A stretch of DNA of 64,000 nucleotides from the NCBI GenBank assembly GCA_051294375.1, contig CM119267.1, forward strand, positions 24,254,137-24,318,136, given 5' to 3'. How positions within the stretch are numbered: position 1 is the stretch's first letter; each line of letters starts with the position of its first letter. Of this stretch, positions 24,701 to 36,350 are shown one piece after another. The notes beneath the pieces are model-generated. The model did not search any database, was not told the origin of the DNA, and saw only the letters and a list, made by a program, of their open reading frames with translations. The position numbers and the translations under genes were made by a program. The DNA is from Paraspadella gotoi (Eukaryota > Animalia > Chaetognatha).

Positions 24701-25860
24701 ATAAAGAAAATTGAAAATGAATTTGTCTATTGTTATTTAGATAATTGACTATTCAACAAATAAATGATTCATATAAATTGAGGAAATGATGGCTAAAAAA
24801 ATTTCATCTTGGTCTTGGTTAACTATTAGGTTATCGTTAAAGTTTTATGTTTTAATAATATTAATATTTTGTTTTCATTTTTATAAAAGCAATCTGGTCT
24901 AAAATTTTGTAACGTTTCGAAGCTATATTGCTTCATCTTTTACTATTTTTGATCTAGTTAGCTTTTTGTTGATGGTCAAGGGTTATGGTCAGATACAGTA
25001 TGTCCAGTAGTATATATCGCCACATATTACCAAAAAGTAATGCGATCAATTAATTTGCTCAAGAAACATTTTAAAGGACAAATCAGCACGAGACCGTTTC
25101 GCCACGTTATTTTTCATTGTGTCTTATGTTCTCCTTCATATGTATTCGTTCTGGGCTTTATTTTTTTTTCTTTGTCTTTTAATTTTTGTTTCCCTTTCCT
25201 TTATACAGTACTGTATTTTTTTGACATAATTCTCAGATCTAAGGTTATTCATCAATGTATATCTTTAGATGTGTTATGGTTTCAAAATTTCCAGTTGTTC
25301 CCTTCGTTTAATATCGATTGCTGGTAATTAAATATTCTTTCTCAAGCTTTTTGGTAGTAAAAAAAGAAATTATTTAGCCTGCATTAAGAATATAAGACTA
25401 ATGCCCAACTGGTTTCAATGTTTTTATAAGAATTAGCGACGATCTTTTATTATTTTTGGCTTTGACTCTGAAATTGCAGAATTCGTTTTTGTTTTTGCGT
25501 AAGTTTAGTGCAATCCGAGTGGGTTCAACCTGATTCAATTTTACATCATTGAGCAGTTTAAGAATTGTTTTTGGTGCTTTTTCATTCATATTTTTAGAGT
25601 TTGGAAAAATTATTTGTTATGGTTATAAAGTTTGGTGAATTTATGCGGTTTCAAAGAAGAAGCAGCTCACTTTTTTATTTTTAGCTTCAATTACAAGGTA
25701 AAATGTCAAGTTTGATATATTTATTTGTTGAGTACTTTGACATTAGTTTTTAGATTATTATTTTTCCGCCCAGACTTCTAACACCTGGGCGAGGCATTAC
25801 CACCTGGGCACTTGCGCCATTGCCACCTTGGTCGCATTGCCACCCGGATTTGGATGATCT
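21737..25860 (+). repeat. Composite repeat unit, copy 4 (partial; joined fold-back to copy 3 at the GA/TC tract; interrupted by 22864-25123)
   Basis: The fold-back centre is gagagagatctctctct at ~21737. It then matches ~5770-7670, with ~18 minisatellite units at 21915-22740. Confidence 0.88.
22864..25123. mobile_element. 2.26-kb non-autonomous DNA transposon with ~25-30-bp imperfect TIRs and 4-bp TTAT TSD (Kolobok-like termini, tentative)
   Basis: The empty site in other copies is ttccc-TTAT-gttctcc. Here it reads TTAT|GA(C)ACAATGAAAATATGGCGTAACG ... CGTTTCGCCACGTTATTTTTCATTGTGTC|TTAT. The interior is AT-rich and non-coding. Confidence 0.8.
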
Positions 25861-25893
25861 TCTCTCTTTNNNNNNNNNNNNNNNNNNNNNNNN

Positions 25894-28800
25894 NGAGAGC
25901 GTCTAAAATTATTAAGCAAGCCCCGTTTTCCTCCATTAAGGAGGGACCGGCGTCTCATAAACAAACTCCCTCCCCCTCCTCTTCCTCCATCACCTTATTT
26001 TTTCTCCTTTCCTTAATTCCTTTCCTTAATTCTCGTTCTCCTTTTCTGCTCTTCACAACTCTCATTTCACTACCTTTCCCTTTTTCTCTCTATTCCTCCT
26101 CCTCCTCCTCCTCCTACTCCCCCTCCCTCCCCCCTTCCCCGCCTCCAGGTACCATCGGGGAATTCCGCGCGTCTGAATTCTCGCTCTACTTTTTCTCCTC
26201 CATTTTTTTTTCGCGGAGGCGGAGCGATACAGACGGCGGAAGGATCGGCCGGGGGTTGGGAGTGAAGCGGTCCGGAGCGGAGATTGGTGGAACGAGACTG
26301 CGGAGAAAAGAATATATAACGCGGGAGACGAAATAAAAAGACTAGAAGAATATATACAGAGGATTATTACTCGAGACTAAGAAAAAAGAAAAAGTGAAAA
26401 AACTAATAATATTAATAAAAAAAAGAGTGTAAAAGTCTTTGTAATCAGTAATTGAGAAGCCATTTAAAGGAGCAATTGAGAAAAAACGGAAAGGAGTAAT
26501 AAAAGGAGTCGATCGTGAGTTTAAAGGAGCTTTTAAAAAAAAAGCAAGAAGGAAAAAAAACTTAGTGGAGCAACTTAAAGGATTGACTTAAACTTAAAGA
26601 AGCCCAACTGTGAATTCGAAAGACAAGTTTCGGGGAAGAAAAACCATAAAAAATTCAAAAGAGACAAAACTCACCTTAAATTCGTCCTCCGGTAAGTAAG
26701 AATATTTCTTTTTATAGATTTATTTCACTTCAGTTCGATCCAAACAATATTAACCTTATTAAACAATATTAATATATTAATAATATCCATAAGCGTCGAT
26801 GTTTTGGGTTATTTTTCCTTTTTCTGATATGAAGATTTTTTTTTATTAGATTAGTCTTTATAAACACTAACAATAAACAACAATAATAAAATCGAGTGAA
26901 AACAGTAAACAATATTCACAACAGAAGACGGAATCTTGAGAGTGAATCTTCACAAAGTGGCAGACTTCCAATTCTCTCTCGATTGACGACTGGAAACGAG
27001 ATATAAATATTTTGGCGCCGCGTTGCAAGGAAGTCGATGGGCGTGGCGTTTTGGAGCCGGAAGTGCCACGGTTGCCACGCTCAGAGGAACGATACTGTTA
27101 GAAAGTGTTACAAAGTGAAAATGTATCTGATCGCAAGTGCCACGGTTGCCACGCCGAAGGAACAAGACTGGATGGAAGTGCCACGGTTGCCACGCTCAGA
27201 GGAACGATACTGTTAGAAAGTGTTACGAAGTGAAAATGTGTCTGGTCGCAAGTGCCACGGTTGCCACGCCAAAGGAACAAGACTGGATGGAAGTGCCATC
27301 CCAAGAGAATTGAGTCTCGTTGAAAGTCACCTACAATTAGTAATGAGTCTGATCAAAAGTGGCACATTTTCCAGGCTGTGATGAACAAGACTGGATTGAA
27401 GTTCCACCCCAAGAGGAACGAGCCTCATCGGAAGTGCCTTGATGCCCGGCTGCCAGGACTGAGATTGGTCGACAGTCCCACGTCTGCCACGCATAGAGGA
27501 CGTGTCACGCCCATAAGAAAGCGTCATATAGGAAGTTCATCGCGGCTCTTGTCGTCGACGAGGACACAACGAGTTTCCAGTGACGAGTCAAATTTTTTTC
27601 ACAGAACTCGATGTCTGGGGACATTGAGTCACGAGGTAGATTTTTTATGCGTTCTACTTCTCGGTACTAGTCGGGGATTATCTGGCACAGCAACCTTTAT
27701 AAAATTAAAGAGCATTATTATAATGCGCAATAGTTTAGTTACAGTGTTTATATTTTTTAAATGGTATATTATTCTTATTATTATTATTGAGGAGAAGGCG
27801 CCAAGTAGGCTGAAGACTACTATCCGTAACTTCCGTGCCCGCTCAGCAGCAATGGAACGGGTCCTGAGCTAGGAACCAGCTTTTCCAGGTTTTTCCACGC
27901 CCCTAAGTCGGTTTACGGCCGTCCTCGCAGTTCCCGTAGAGTAGGTACCGGGTTGGGATTGGACCCGGTACCTAGTGGTCATGAGCTGATTCAATGAGCC
28001 ACGACTACACTATCATTTTTATTAATACTATATGAAATATAATGTTAAATACAAAAAAGTTAAACAAAAAAGCACCAGGTATTCTAGAATACTTACGGAC
28101 CACACTCAGACGAATTCGTATATGCCTTCCTCTCAGACGAATGTGCCAGGTAATGTGCCTCCCAACATTAATGCCAATATGCTTTCCCCTCCGACAAATG
28201 TGCCGAGTAATGTGCCTCCCACCGGAATTCCGGTACGAATGTGCGGGATTCGTTCGCTCAATCGGAAGGAAAGGAAATCTTCGTCCCATTTATTTCCGGC
28301 GTCGCCAAAAAAAAAAAGGGGAAAAAAAGAAAAAAAGGGGAAAAAAGGAAAAGGGAAAAAATGAGAGAGAAAAAAGGAGAAAAAATATGGGAAAAAAAGG
28401 AGAAAAAAGGAAAAGGAAAAAAAGAAAGAGAAAAAAAGGAGAAAATAGGAAAAAGAAAAAAAAAGAAAGAAAGTGGAAAAAAGGAAAAGGAAAAAAAGAA
28501 AGAGAAAAAGAGGAGAAAAAAAGAAAAGGAAAAAAATTGAATAATATATATAATAATAATAATATATATATATAATAAATATAAAATAAAGAAACAACAA
28601 AAAAGTTCTAAAATAAAAAGATCTTAGAGAGAGCAAAGAATTTTGAATTTAACAACCGATTTTTTATAGTTAAAGTTGACATGTTTCGGCTTGCTTATTT
28701 CAAGCCTTCATCAGCATATGACATTCAATAATAAATTTTTGTGCAAAAGAAGAGTGTGTGAGAGAGAGAGAGAGAGAAGAAGAGAGGGTAAAAGTTTTTC

Positions 28801-29345
28801 CAACAAAGTGGTGAGACAGAATAGTGGTCAGATGTGAGGACAGGTTGAAGGTGAGGACAGATTGAGTGAGTTTGTGAAAAGAAGTGAAACTTGTTAAAGA
28901 GAGAGAGAGAGAGAGAAGTGAGAGAGAGAGAAAACAAAACAACAGAGATAAAATAAATAATAAGATACATTTTTGCAATGTACAACAAAGATTAAGGAGT
29001 TTGAAAAACTAACATTGGAGAAATTTAAACATTTAACTAGTGAATAAATAAGTATTAGCTAAGGGATAGTTAAGTGAAAATGAAATATGAAAGAAAGTAG
29101 TTTTTAGTTTTAGTTGATAATTAGGAGATTAAGAAAGTGAAATTCAAGGGAAAGAAAGAGCTCCAAAGTGAGCTGGCCCCCTTGTTTTATGCAAATGAAG
29201 GACAAGGACGATGATGACGGGTCATTGGCGTGTCAGTGGCTGAGAGGAGAGTATGACCGAACTGATGAATGCCGGATTGGGAAGCGATCCTTGCGGAAAG
29301 ATCCCAGGGCTACTCTTATGTCTCTTTGGCCTGATACGCCTGCCG
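25894..29345 (-). repeat. Composite repeat unit, copy 3 right part, continuous with the Penelope ORF
   Basis: Collinear with ~11873-15315 (gagagcgtctaaaatt ... tgatacgcctgccg). Confidence 0.92.
28672..28722 (-). ncRNA. Minimal type I hammerhead ribozyme in the Penelope 3' pLTR
   Basis: The minus strand reads atatg CTGATGA a GGCTTG aaataag CAAGCC GAAA CATG TC. It lies sense to, and ~850 nt downstream of, the PLE ORF, where PLE hammerheads are known to sit. Confidence 0.82.
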
Positions 29346-29565
29346 GCTGCCCCTCTCGCCTGCTGACGAGGTGGGCGGTTGTCCGTTCTTGCCACTTTTG
29401 TGACAGGAGTGACGGACTCCTCTCCCTCCTCCTGAAGCCGTCGCTTTGGGGCGACGCTCAGTCCACAGAGGGAGGGGCTGAGTTGCTGCATTAGAGGGAG
29501 AGGCATCGTTTGCCCATCTGCCTGCGCAAGGGCTCCGCCTGTCTCGTTGAGTGGAGATAGGGGAG

Positions 29566-31500
29566 TCATTGTGCGGGCGTGGTGGGCGGCGGGGCCTCCA
29601 CCACGCTTTTGATAAGCGAATCATAGCTTGGAGGGAGATCGAATCGTCCTCCATCACGGTCAAAGAGGGCTCGAGGGCTTTGATGTAAATTGCCTCTCTA
29701 ATACCTCTTGAGAACCAATTCGGGTCATGGGACAGCACGAGACAGTCTGATTCCCTGAACAGATGGCCTGTGTCTGCCGAATGTTCAGCAATTGCGGACA
29801 AATAGTGACCTCGGGGCGTCACGGTAAGGTTTTTTGTGTTGTTGGAATCGATTTGTCAGAGACTTTCCTGTCTCTCCCACGTATGCTGCTGCACAGGATT
29901 GGTTGCCCACCCTGCACAGGCCGCCCAGTAGACGGCTCCTGATGTTTTCGGTCTGGGGATTTTATCTTTCGGTTTCACCAATTGCTCACGTAGGGAGCCC
30001 GCGGGCCGTCACTGAAGTGGAGATCCCCTGCTTTGCCAGCACCGCACGCACCAAAGCTTCAGTGATCCCCTGGTGGTAGGGGAGGGACAAAGTGGCCCAC
30101 GTTCCTTGGGCGCTTCTGCTTTATCTTCCACTTGCGCTGTGGTGGGCGGCGGTCGGCTCTTCAGCAGCAAGCTCCGTTCTGCCTCCTGGGGGTGAGGTAG
30201 AACCTGCGTCAGCGGTTACTTGGACAGCCCCTGGTTGGCCACTGTCCTCAGCCAGGCGCGGCCGATACCTAGCCTTCTCGAAGGCCCACAAATGGGTAGC
30301 CCTTGATCGCCAAGGCTCTTTTGATGTGCTCGAGCTCGGCGGCCTGAAGCTCGGGGGTCGACGGAATCAGTGCAGCTCTCCTGGTAAGGATCTGACCGTG
30401 GCGAGCTTGTGAGACAAGGGAGCATGTGTGAGATGAAGGGAATGTATTGGTCCGTGTGGGTCGGTTTGCGATATACTGAGAATCCAATGAGCCGCCCTCT
30501 TTGAGCGTTGAATCAACACATCGAGCATTGGAATTGACCCATTCACCTCCCTCTCACATGTCACACTTGATCCGCACATGGATGCCTGTTCAGGTGGTTT
30601 AGTAGATCCTCAATGAGGTCTTTGCGCACAGCCAGAATGTATCGTCTGCTTTCCTGATACCAGAAGAGGCTGACTCTGCCCCATGCAACAATCGAAAGAG
30701 GCCAAAGCTTCCACCTCATAGTCCTCCATATAAAAATCTGCCAGAGGACTTTGACGTTGATTTGCCCATCCCTAAGCCACCAGGCTGGGCATAATATTGT
30801 CCATCGAACCTGAAGTACGCCAGTTCCAGGTCGGAGGCCGCAGCAATGCCATGGATATCATCCAATTGATTGGCGTACGCTCGTGCAATGACCGCTCTTC
30901 CTCAAGCGGCGCTCTGCGGAAGCTAACCGCCAAGTCTTGGGATGTTCGTAAAACATGGCTTTGTAAATCGCAACGAGACCAAGAGATGAGTATCGGGCAC
31001 TTTGTGATGCTGCAACTTTTCCGTCAGATCAAGAGAATTTCTGAGGTGGTGTTGGTTACCAACCACGAGTGAGTATGCGACCCCAACTCCTTCGACATTC
31101 CATTGAAAAATGGAATTGCGGGCTGAAACGATCGGGCAGTAATGGTAAATTCGGCTTATGTACCTTCGGCTGACCGAAGAAACAAAGGAGGCTGCGTTGA
31201 GTCAGGATTGACTCTGTGAAATTACTGACGGGGAGCAGTATTCACGTATTCGTTCGTCAACCGTCTGGATCCGAGCCCTGTAGGTAAGGGTCGGGTCCTT
31301 TGGCAGAGGATGGTAAGTTTTGCGATCTGCCAACATTTTTCGTACCTTGTCTTTGTAATCATGGGCGTCCATGATTACCGCAGCTCTTCCTTATCCGCGG
31401 GATGAACCATGATCGCCTGATTGCGCTTGAGTGAGGCAATGGCCTTGCGCTCACCCTTACCGACATTTGGCGGGGGGCGGAGCTCTTTCTGCATTGAGCA
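29566..31500 (-). pseudogene. Penelope-like reverse transcriptase / GIY-YIG endonuclease ORF, frameshifted as assembled
   Basis: Minus-strand peptides read by hand, in order: PPPNVGKGERKAIASLKRNQAIMVHPADK, AVIMDAHDYKDKV, FGQPKVHKPNLP..PIVS, MFTNIP, FDGQYYAQPGGLGMG..LADFYME, RKADDTF, CEREVNGSIPMLDVLI, HAPLSHKLATVRSL, LPYHQGITE, YVGETGKSLTNRFQQH, SAIAEH, WFSRGIREAIYI, RDGGRFDLPPSYD. Confidence 0.9.
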
Positions 31501-31709
31501 CCCGCGATCAAAAATTATAAATGATGTTAAGTATCAACAAAATTATAAACGAGTCTATTTTATTTCTCGTTTTAAAAAGAAATAAAGGTTATTATTTCAT
31601 AATTCTTTCAAAAAGGTTTTCTTCGTCGTCGTCGTCGTCGTTCACTGAAACAAAAAAGTACTTTAAAGTTAATTAAACAAATGAATATATTTTTTTAGAT
31701 CGATCCATA

Positions 31710-32656
31710 CATGGTGACAATTTTACAAAGCGCCGGTAGAAATACGCTGTCATTTGCAAACCAGTGGTATTTCATTGATTTTAAAAAATTTAGTTGAGTA
31801 AGAAAATACAAAACTATTTATGTGTTAAAATTTTTATTGATCAGTTAAGATATGCCTTGACAATGAGTGGAGAAAGTTGCTTTTCAAATCGGGTTTCATT
31901 TTCCAACTCACTGTTTTTAAATTCAATTTTTTGGGGAACTTTTAACACTTTTTAAAACAAAATATTTTATTAAAATATTAACAATTAATATCCTCAAAAG
32001 CCTTAAAATATGAAAAGAATTATATACTTACAAATACTGTTAGTTTAAAAATAATTTAACTGATCAGCTTTAAATTTAATTAGGATATTCAAAAACGAGA
32101 CATCTTTTAAAAAATCAATAGCTGGAGAGTAATTATAATTTTTATCAAATTGTGATTGCTATACTTAAATCTTTTTTTTTCAGCTCTTTATGATACTTAT
32201 ATAAATAATAATATTTTTTTATTAAATATTTAAACAGGTCATATATTTTGAAAAAAGATTTAAAATTTTAAATAATTCATTTTTGACACTCTTAATTGAA
32301 GCAAGGCTGGGCAGCTTACTTTTTATGTTAGAGCTTCGTAAGTATATCAATCTCTTCATATTTTAGGGCTTTCTGAGGAATATTAATATTTTAATAAAAT
32401 ACTTAAGTTTAAAAAAGTGCTAAAAGTTCCAAAAAAAAAATTGAATTTAAAAACAGTGAGTTGGAAAATGAAACCCGATTTGACAAGCCAACTTTCTCCA
32501 CATCCATCAAGGCATATCTTAACTGATCAATATAAAATTTTAACACATAAATAGTTTTAGTATTTTCTACTAAACTAAATTTTAAAATCAATGAAATAAC
32601 CACTGGTTTGCAAATGACAGCATATTTCTACCGGCGCTTGTAAAATTGTCACCATG
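31710..32656. mobile_element. Tc1/mariner-type MITE / foldback element, 947 bp, ~320-bp TIRs, TA TSD
   Basis: TA|CATGGTGACAATTTTACAA... and ...TTGTAAAATTGTCACCATG|TA. The arms ~31710-32031 and ~32338-32656 are reverse complements. Confidence 0.9.
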
Positions 32657-32804
32657 TACATTAATCGAGATGATGCCAATACGTGTGTTAAACGCAAAAA
32701 TAATAGATATACCACAAACAATTTAAATATGAATTTCAGGAAATTAACGATAGAATAATTTAATAATTTTAATTCATTGAATAATTGAACGTTCAATGCC
32801 ATAA

Positions 32805-32875
32805 CAATGATTCATTGATCGATTGATTGATTGATCGATTGATTGATTGATCGATTGATTGATTGATTGATTGAT

Positions 32876-32915
<40 letters not shown>

Positions 32916-32920
32916 CGATT
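32805..32920. repeat. (GATT)n microsatellite
   Basis: Direct reading. Confidence 0.95.
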
Positions 32921-33032
32921 TACCTCCTTACAAATCCCCCGGTCTCCTTGGCTTCGGCTCATCTCCGAATTCCAATTCTCTTAATCGGTTTTCCAAGAAA
33001 TAGAGGTTGAACTGAGAATAGATCTTTGGCGT

Positions 33033-33990
33033 GGAAAGGGAGAGAAAGGAGAGAAATGGAAAGGCGAAAGAGAAGAAAGGGAAAGGGGAAAGAGAAGAAA
33101 GGGAATAGGGGAAAGAGAAGAAAGGAAAGGAGAAAGAGAAGGAAAGGAAAGGGGGAAAGAGAAGAAAGGAAAGGGAAAGAGAAGAAAGGGAAAGGGAAGA
33201 GAAAAAGGGAAAGGGGAAAGAAAGAAAGGGAAAGGCGAAAAGAGAAGAAAGGGAAAGGGGAAAGAGAAGAAAGGGAAAGGAGAAAAGAGAAGGAAAGGGA
33301 AAGGGAAAGGAAAAGAGAAGAAAGGGAAAGGGAAAGAGAAGAAAGGGAAAAGGAGAAAAGAGAAGAAAGGGAAAGGGGAAAGAGAAAGAAAGGGAAAGGG
33401 AAAGAGAAGAAAGGGGAAAGAGGGGAAAGAGAAGAAAGGGAAAAGGAGAAAGAGAAGAAAGGGAAAGGGGAAAGAGAAAAGGAAAAGGGAAAGAGAAGAA
33501 GAGGAAAGGCGAAAAGAGAAGAAAGGAAAGGGAAGAGAGAAAGGGAAAGGGGAAAGAGAAGAAAGGAGAAGGGGGAAAGAGAAGAAAGGGAAAGGGGAAA
33601 GAGAAGAAAGGGAAAGGCGAAAGAGAAAAAGGGAAAGGGGAAAGAGAAGAAAGGGAAAGGGAAAGAGAAGAAAAGGGAAAGGGAAAGAGAAGAAAGGGAA
33701 AGGGGAAAAGAGAAGAAAGGGAAAAGGGAAAGAGAAGAAAAGGGAAAGGCGAAAGAGAAAAGAAAGGGAAAGGGAAAAAGAGAAAGAAAGGGAAAAAGGG
33801 GAAAGAGAAGAAAGGGAAAGGGGAAAAGAGAAGAAAAGGAAAGGGGAAAAAGGAAGAAAGGGAAAGGGAAAAGAGAAGAAAAGGGAAAGGGAATAGGAAG
33901 AAAGGAAAGGGAAAGAGAAGAAAGGGAAAGGGGAAAGAGAAGAAAGGGAAAGGGAATTAAGGAAAAAGAAATAGAAATAAAAGAGAAAGG
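33033..33990. repeat. ~950-bp polypurine minisatellite (~23-bp unit gaaagggaaaggggaaagagaa)
   Basis: Almost purely G/A on the + strand. It produces the spurious 324-aa K/R/E/G ORF. Confidence 0.92.
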
Positions 33991-34454
33991 TGATCCTTAA
34001 TTAATCGTTTTTATTATTCTTTATATAAAGTATATTCTTTTATAATGTAATGTAATGTAATAGGATTAATATTTAATTATTTACTTACCAAAAAGGAGAC
34101 CGCAACAAAATTGAAGATGTTTTGATTTCTCGCGAATCTGAGAAGAGAAGAAAGCGAATCCATTTTGGCGGCAAAGAAATATTTGAAATAAAAAATATAA
34201 AAAATAAGTCTAAGGGAAAAACAATATTTATTTGCATCGAAATATGCAATAAACGAATTTAACCGATAGTTTTAAAGGAAATAATAAATTAAGGCAAACA
34301 ATTTAGTTTTGCAATACCGGACTAATAAAATTGTAATTAGGCAAACGAAAAAAAAATATTTGAGAAATAGAATTCTGACATCAAAGAAAATGAGCCGCCT
34401 TGAGACTATTGACCTGAAAGAAGGAAAAGATTGGAGGCAGGAATATCGACCAGA

Positions 34455-34542
<88 letters not shown>

Positions 34543-34587
34543 GAGCTGAAACATCGACAGAAGGAAAGGATGAATGGGGTTAATGAC

Positions 34588-34677
<90 letters not shown>

Positions 34678-35072
34678 AGATGGAAATGAAAATCCATTGG
34701 ACGATTAATCGGTCAGACCATCAACGAAGATTTTGTTTGTGATTTGCAATTAAAATTTGTAGTTTTGTAGTTTTGAAACGAAGAGTTATTTTCAGGGCAA
34801 ATATATAAATGTCTATTGAAGGATTCTCTTCTTGGGTCATGGGCAATCGTTATTCAATCAGGCGTGGAATATTGAAAAACCAAAACAGAGAGCAAGTGAG
34901 AGAGAGAGAGAGAACGATATAGAAACGTAGAAACGTCAGAGCGAGAGAGAGACAGAGCCAACCTCCTTTTTGTCAAAACGTGTTAGTTGTGAAAGTCTAG
35001 TGAGATTGAAAGGAGTGAAACCGATTCAGTGAAACAAAGAGACGCTTTGTGAAATGTTGCCTCGTAGCTCTT

Positions 35073-35114
<42 letters not shown>

Positions 35115-35512
35115 CGAAAGAGAACAATCACGTCCCAAGCGGCGAAACCAAAGATAAAATGGAGGATGAAGGAAAGAAAAACCAGGGATTAAGAATTTGG
35201 GAGAAATAATCGCCAATCGGGGCGAAAGATGAACGGACGGACAGACAGACAAAGAGACTAAGAGATAGAGAGACCAACGGACAGATAGAGCGACAGAAAG
35301 ACAGATAAAAGACGGCCAAGAGAGATCAGTGGAGGGAACAAACCGACAAATAGACAGTCAGAGAGGGAGACAGACAGACAGAGAAACATATAATCAAACA
35401 ATAAGAAGACCCACAAAGAGAGACAGTAAGACGGAAAAACAGACATTCATACTGACGAACTGATAAACTTGAAAGTCCGTTTTGGTTGAAAGGAAATTAA
35501 GGTTTTTAAGAC

Positions 35513-35634
<122 letters not shown>

Positions 35635-36082
35635 ATGAACCCCTTTCTGAGTGAGGATGTAAAAAAACAAACAAATCAGAGTCAGAACAACAACAACAAC
35701 AACAACTACAGTTGGCCCGACTTTGGTTAACTTGTTTACCAGACGACGACGACGACGACGACTACAACATAGAATAACTTGGTTAAGAGAGAGAGATGCA
35801 CGTAAAACAAACAGAGTCTAACCTACGAGAGCGATGAACTTGAGATTAAAAGACGACGACGAAGATGATGACGACGACGACGACGACGACGACGCCAACC
35901 TGTTATGGGGATCGATTTATCAACGAACGAAGAAATCAAACAAGAATTTAAACTTGAAATATTATTTAACTTGTTTCTGAGAATTTAAGATCGAATGCTT
36001 GAATTTTATGACGTTAATAATTTTTAAAAAAATAATAATTACTAAAAAATTTCGTAATGGCAGTTCGGGGTGGCATATGGAC

Positions 36083-36350
36083 GGTGGCATTTGGAAGGTG
36101 GTATTTGGGAGGTGGCATTTGGGAGGTGGCATTTGGGAGGTGTCGGAGGACTGAGGTGGGAATAAGCTCATTGCTGGGGAATTTCGGACTGCTTAACCGG
36201 GGATCGGGGACTTAAAACGGAGATAATCGTTGGCTGGGGATTCTCTGCGATCCCTCGGTGATGGGAGATGGGAGATGGGAGATGGGAGATGGGAGATGGG
36301 AGATGGGAGATGGGAGATGGGAGATGGTAGATGGGAGATGGGAGATGGGG
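36083..36350. repeat. 15-bp (ggtggcatttgggag) and 7-bp (gatggga)n tandem repeats
   Basis: About 4 units at 36083-36145 and ~13 units at 36260-36350. Confidence 0.9.

Larger units (their letters stand above)
28630..31505 (-). mobile_element. Penelope-like retroelement (EN+; Penelope/Poseidon type), 5'-truncated
   Basis: RT plus C-terminal GIY-YIG motifs, followed by a 3' region with a hammerhead. Confidence 0.9.

Noticed and set aside
29250-29316. Second, antisense hammerhead-like motif (CTGATGA...GAAAGATC)
   Set aside because: Stem II is irregular, and no convincing stem I/III with an NUH triplet can be formed in any of the three copies.
29834-31072. Plus-strand ORFs (81-106 aa)
   Set aside because: They are antisense shadows of the Penelope ORF.
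33026-34000. 324-aa K/R/E/G-rich ORF, and the many (ER)n/(SL)n/poly-F ORFs elsewhere
   Set aside because: Purine- or pyrimidine-only repeats lack stop codons by composition.
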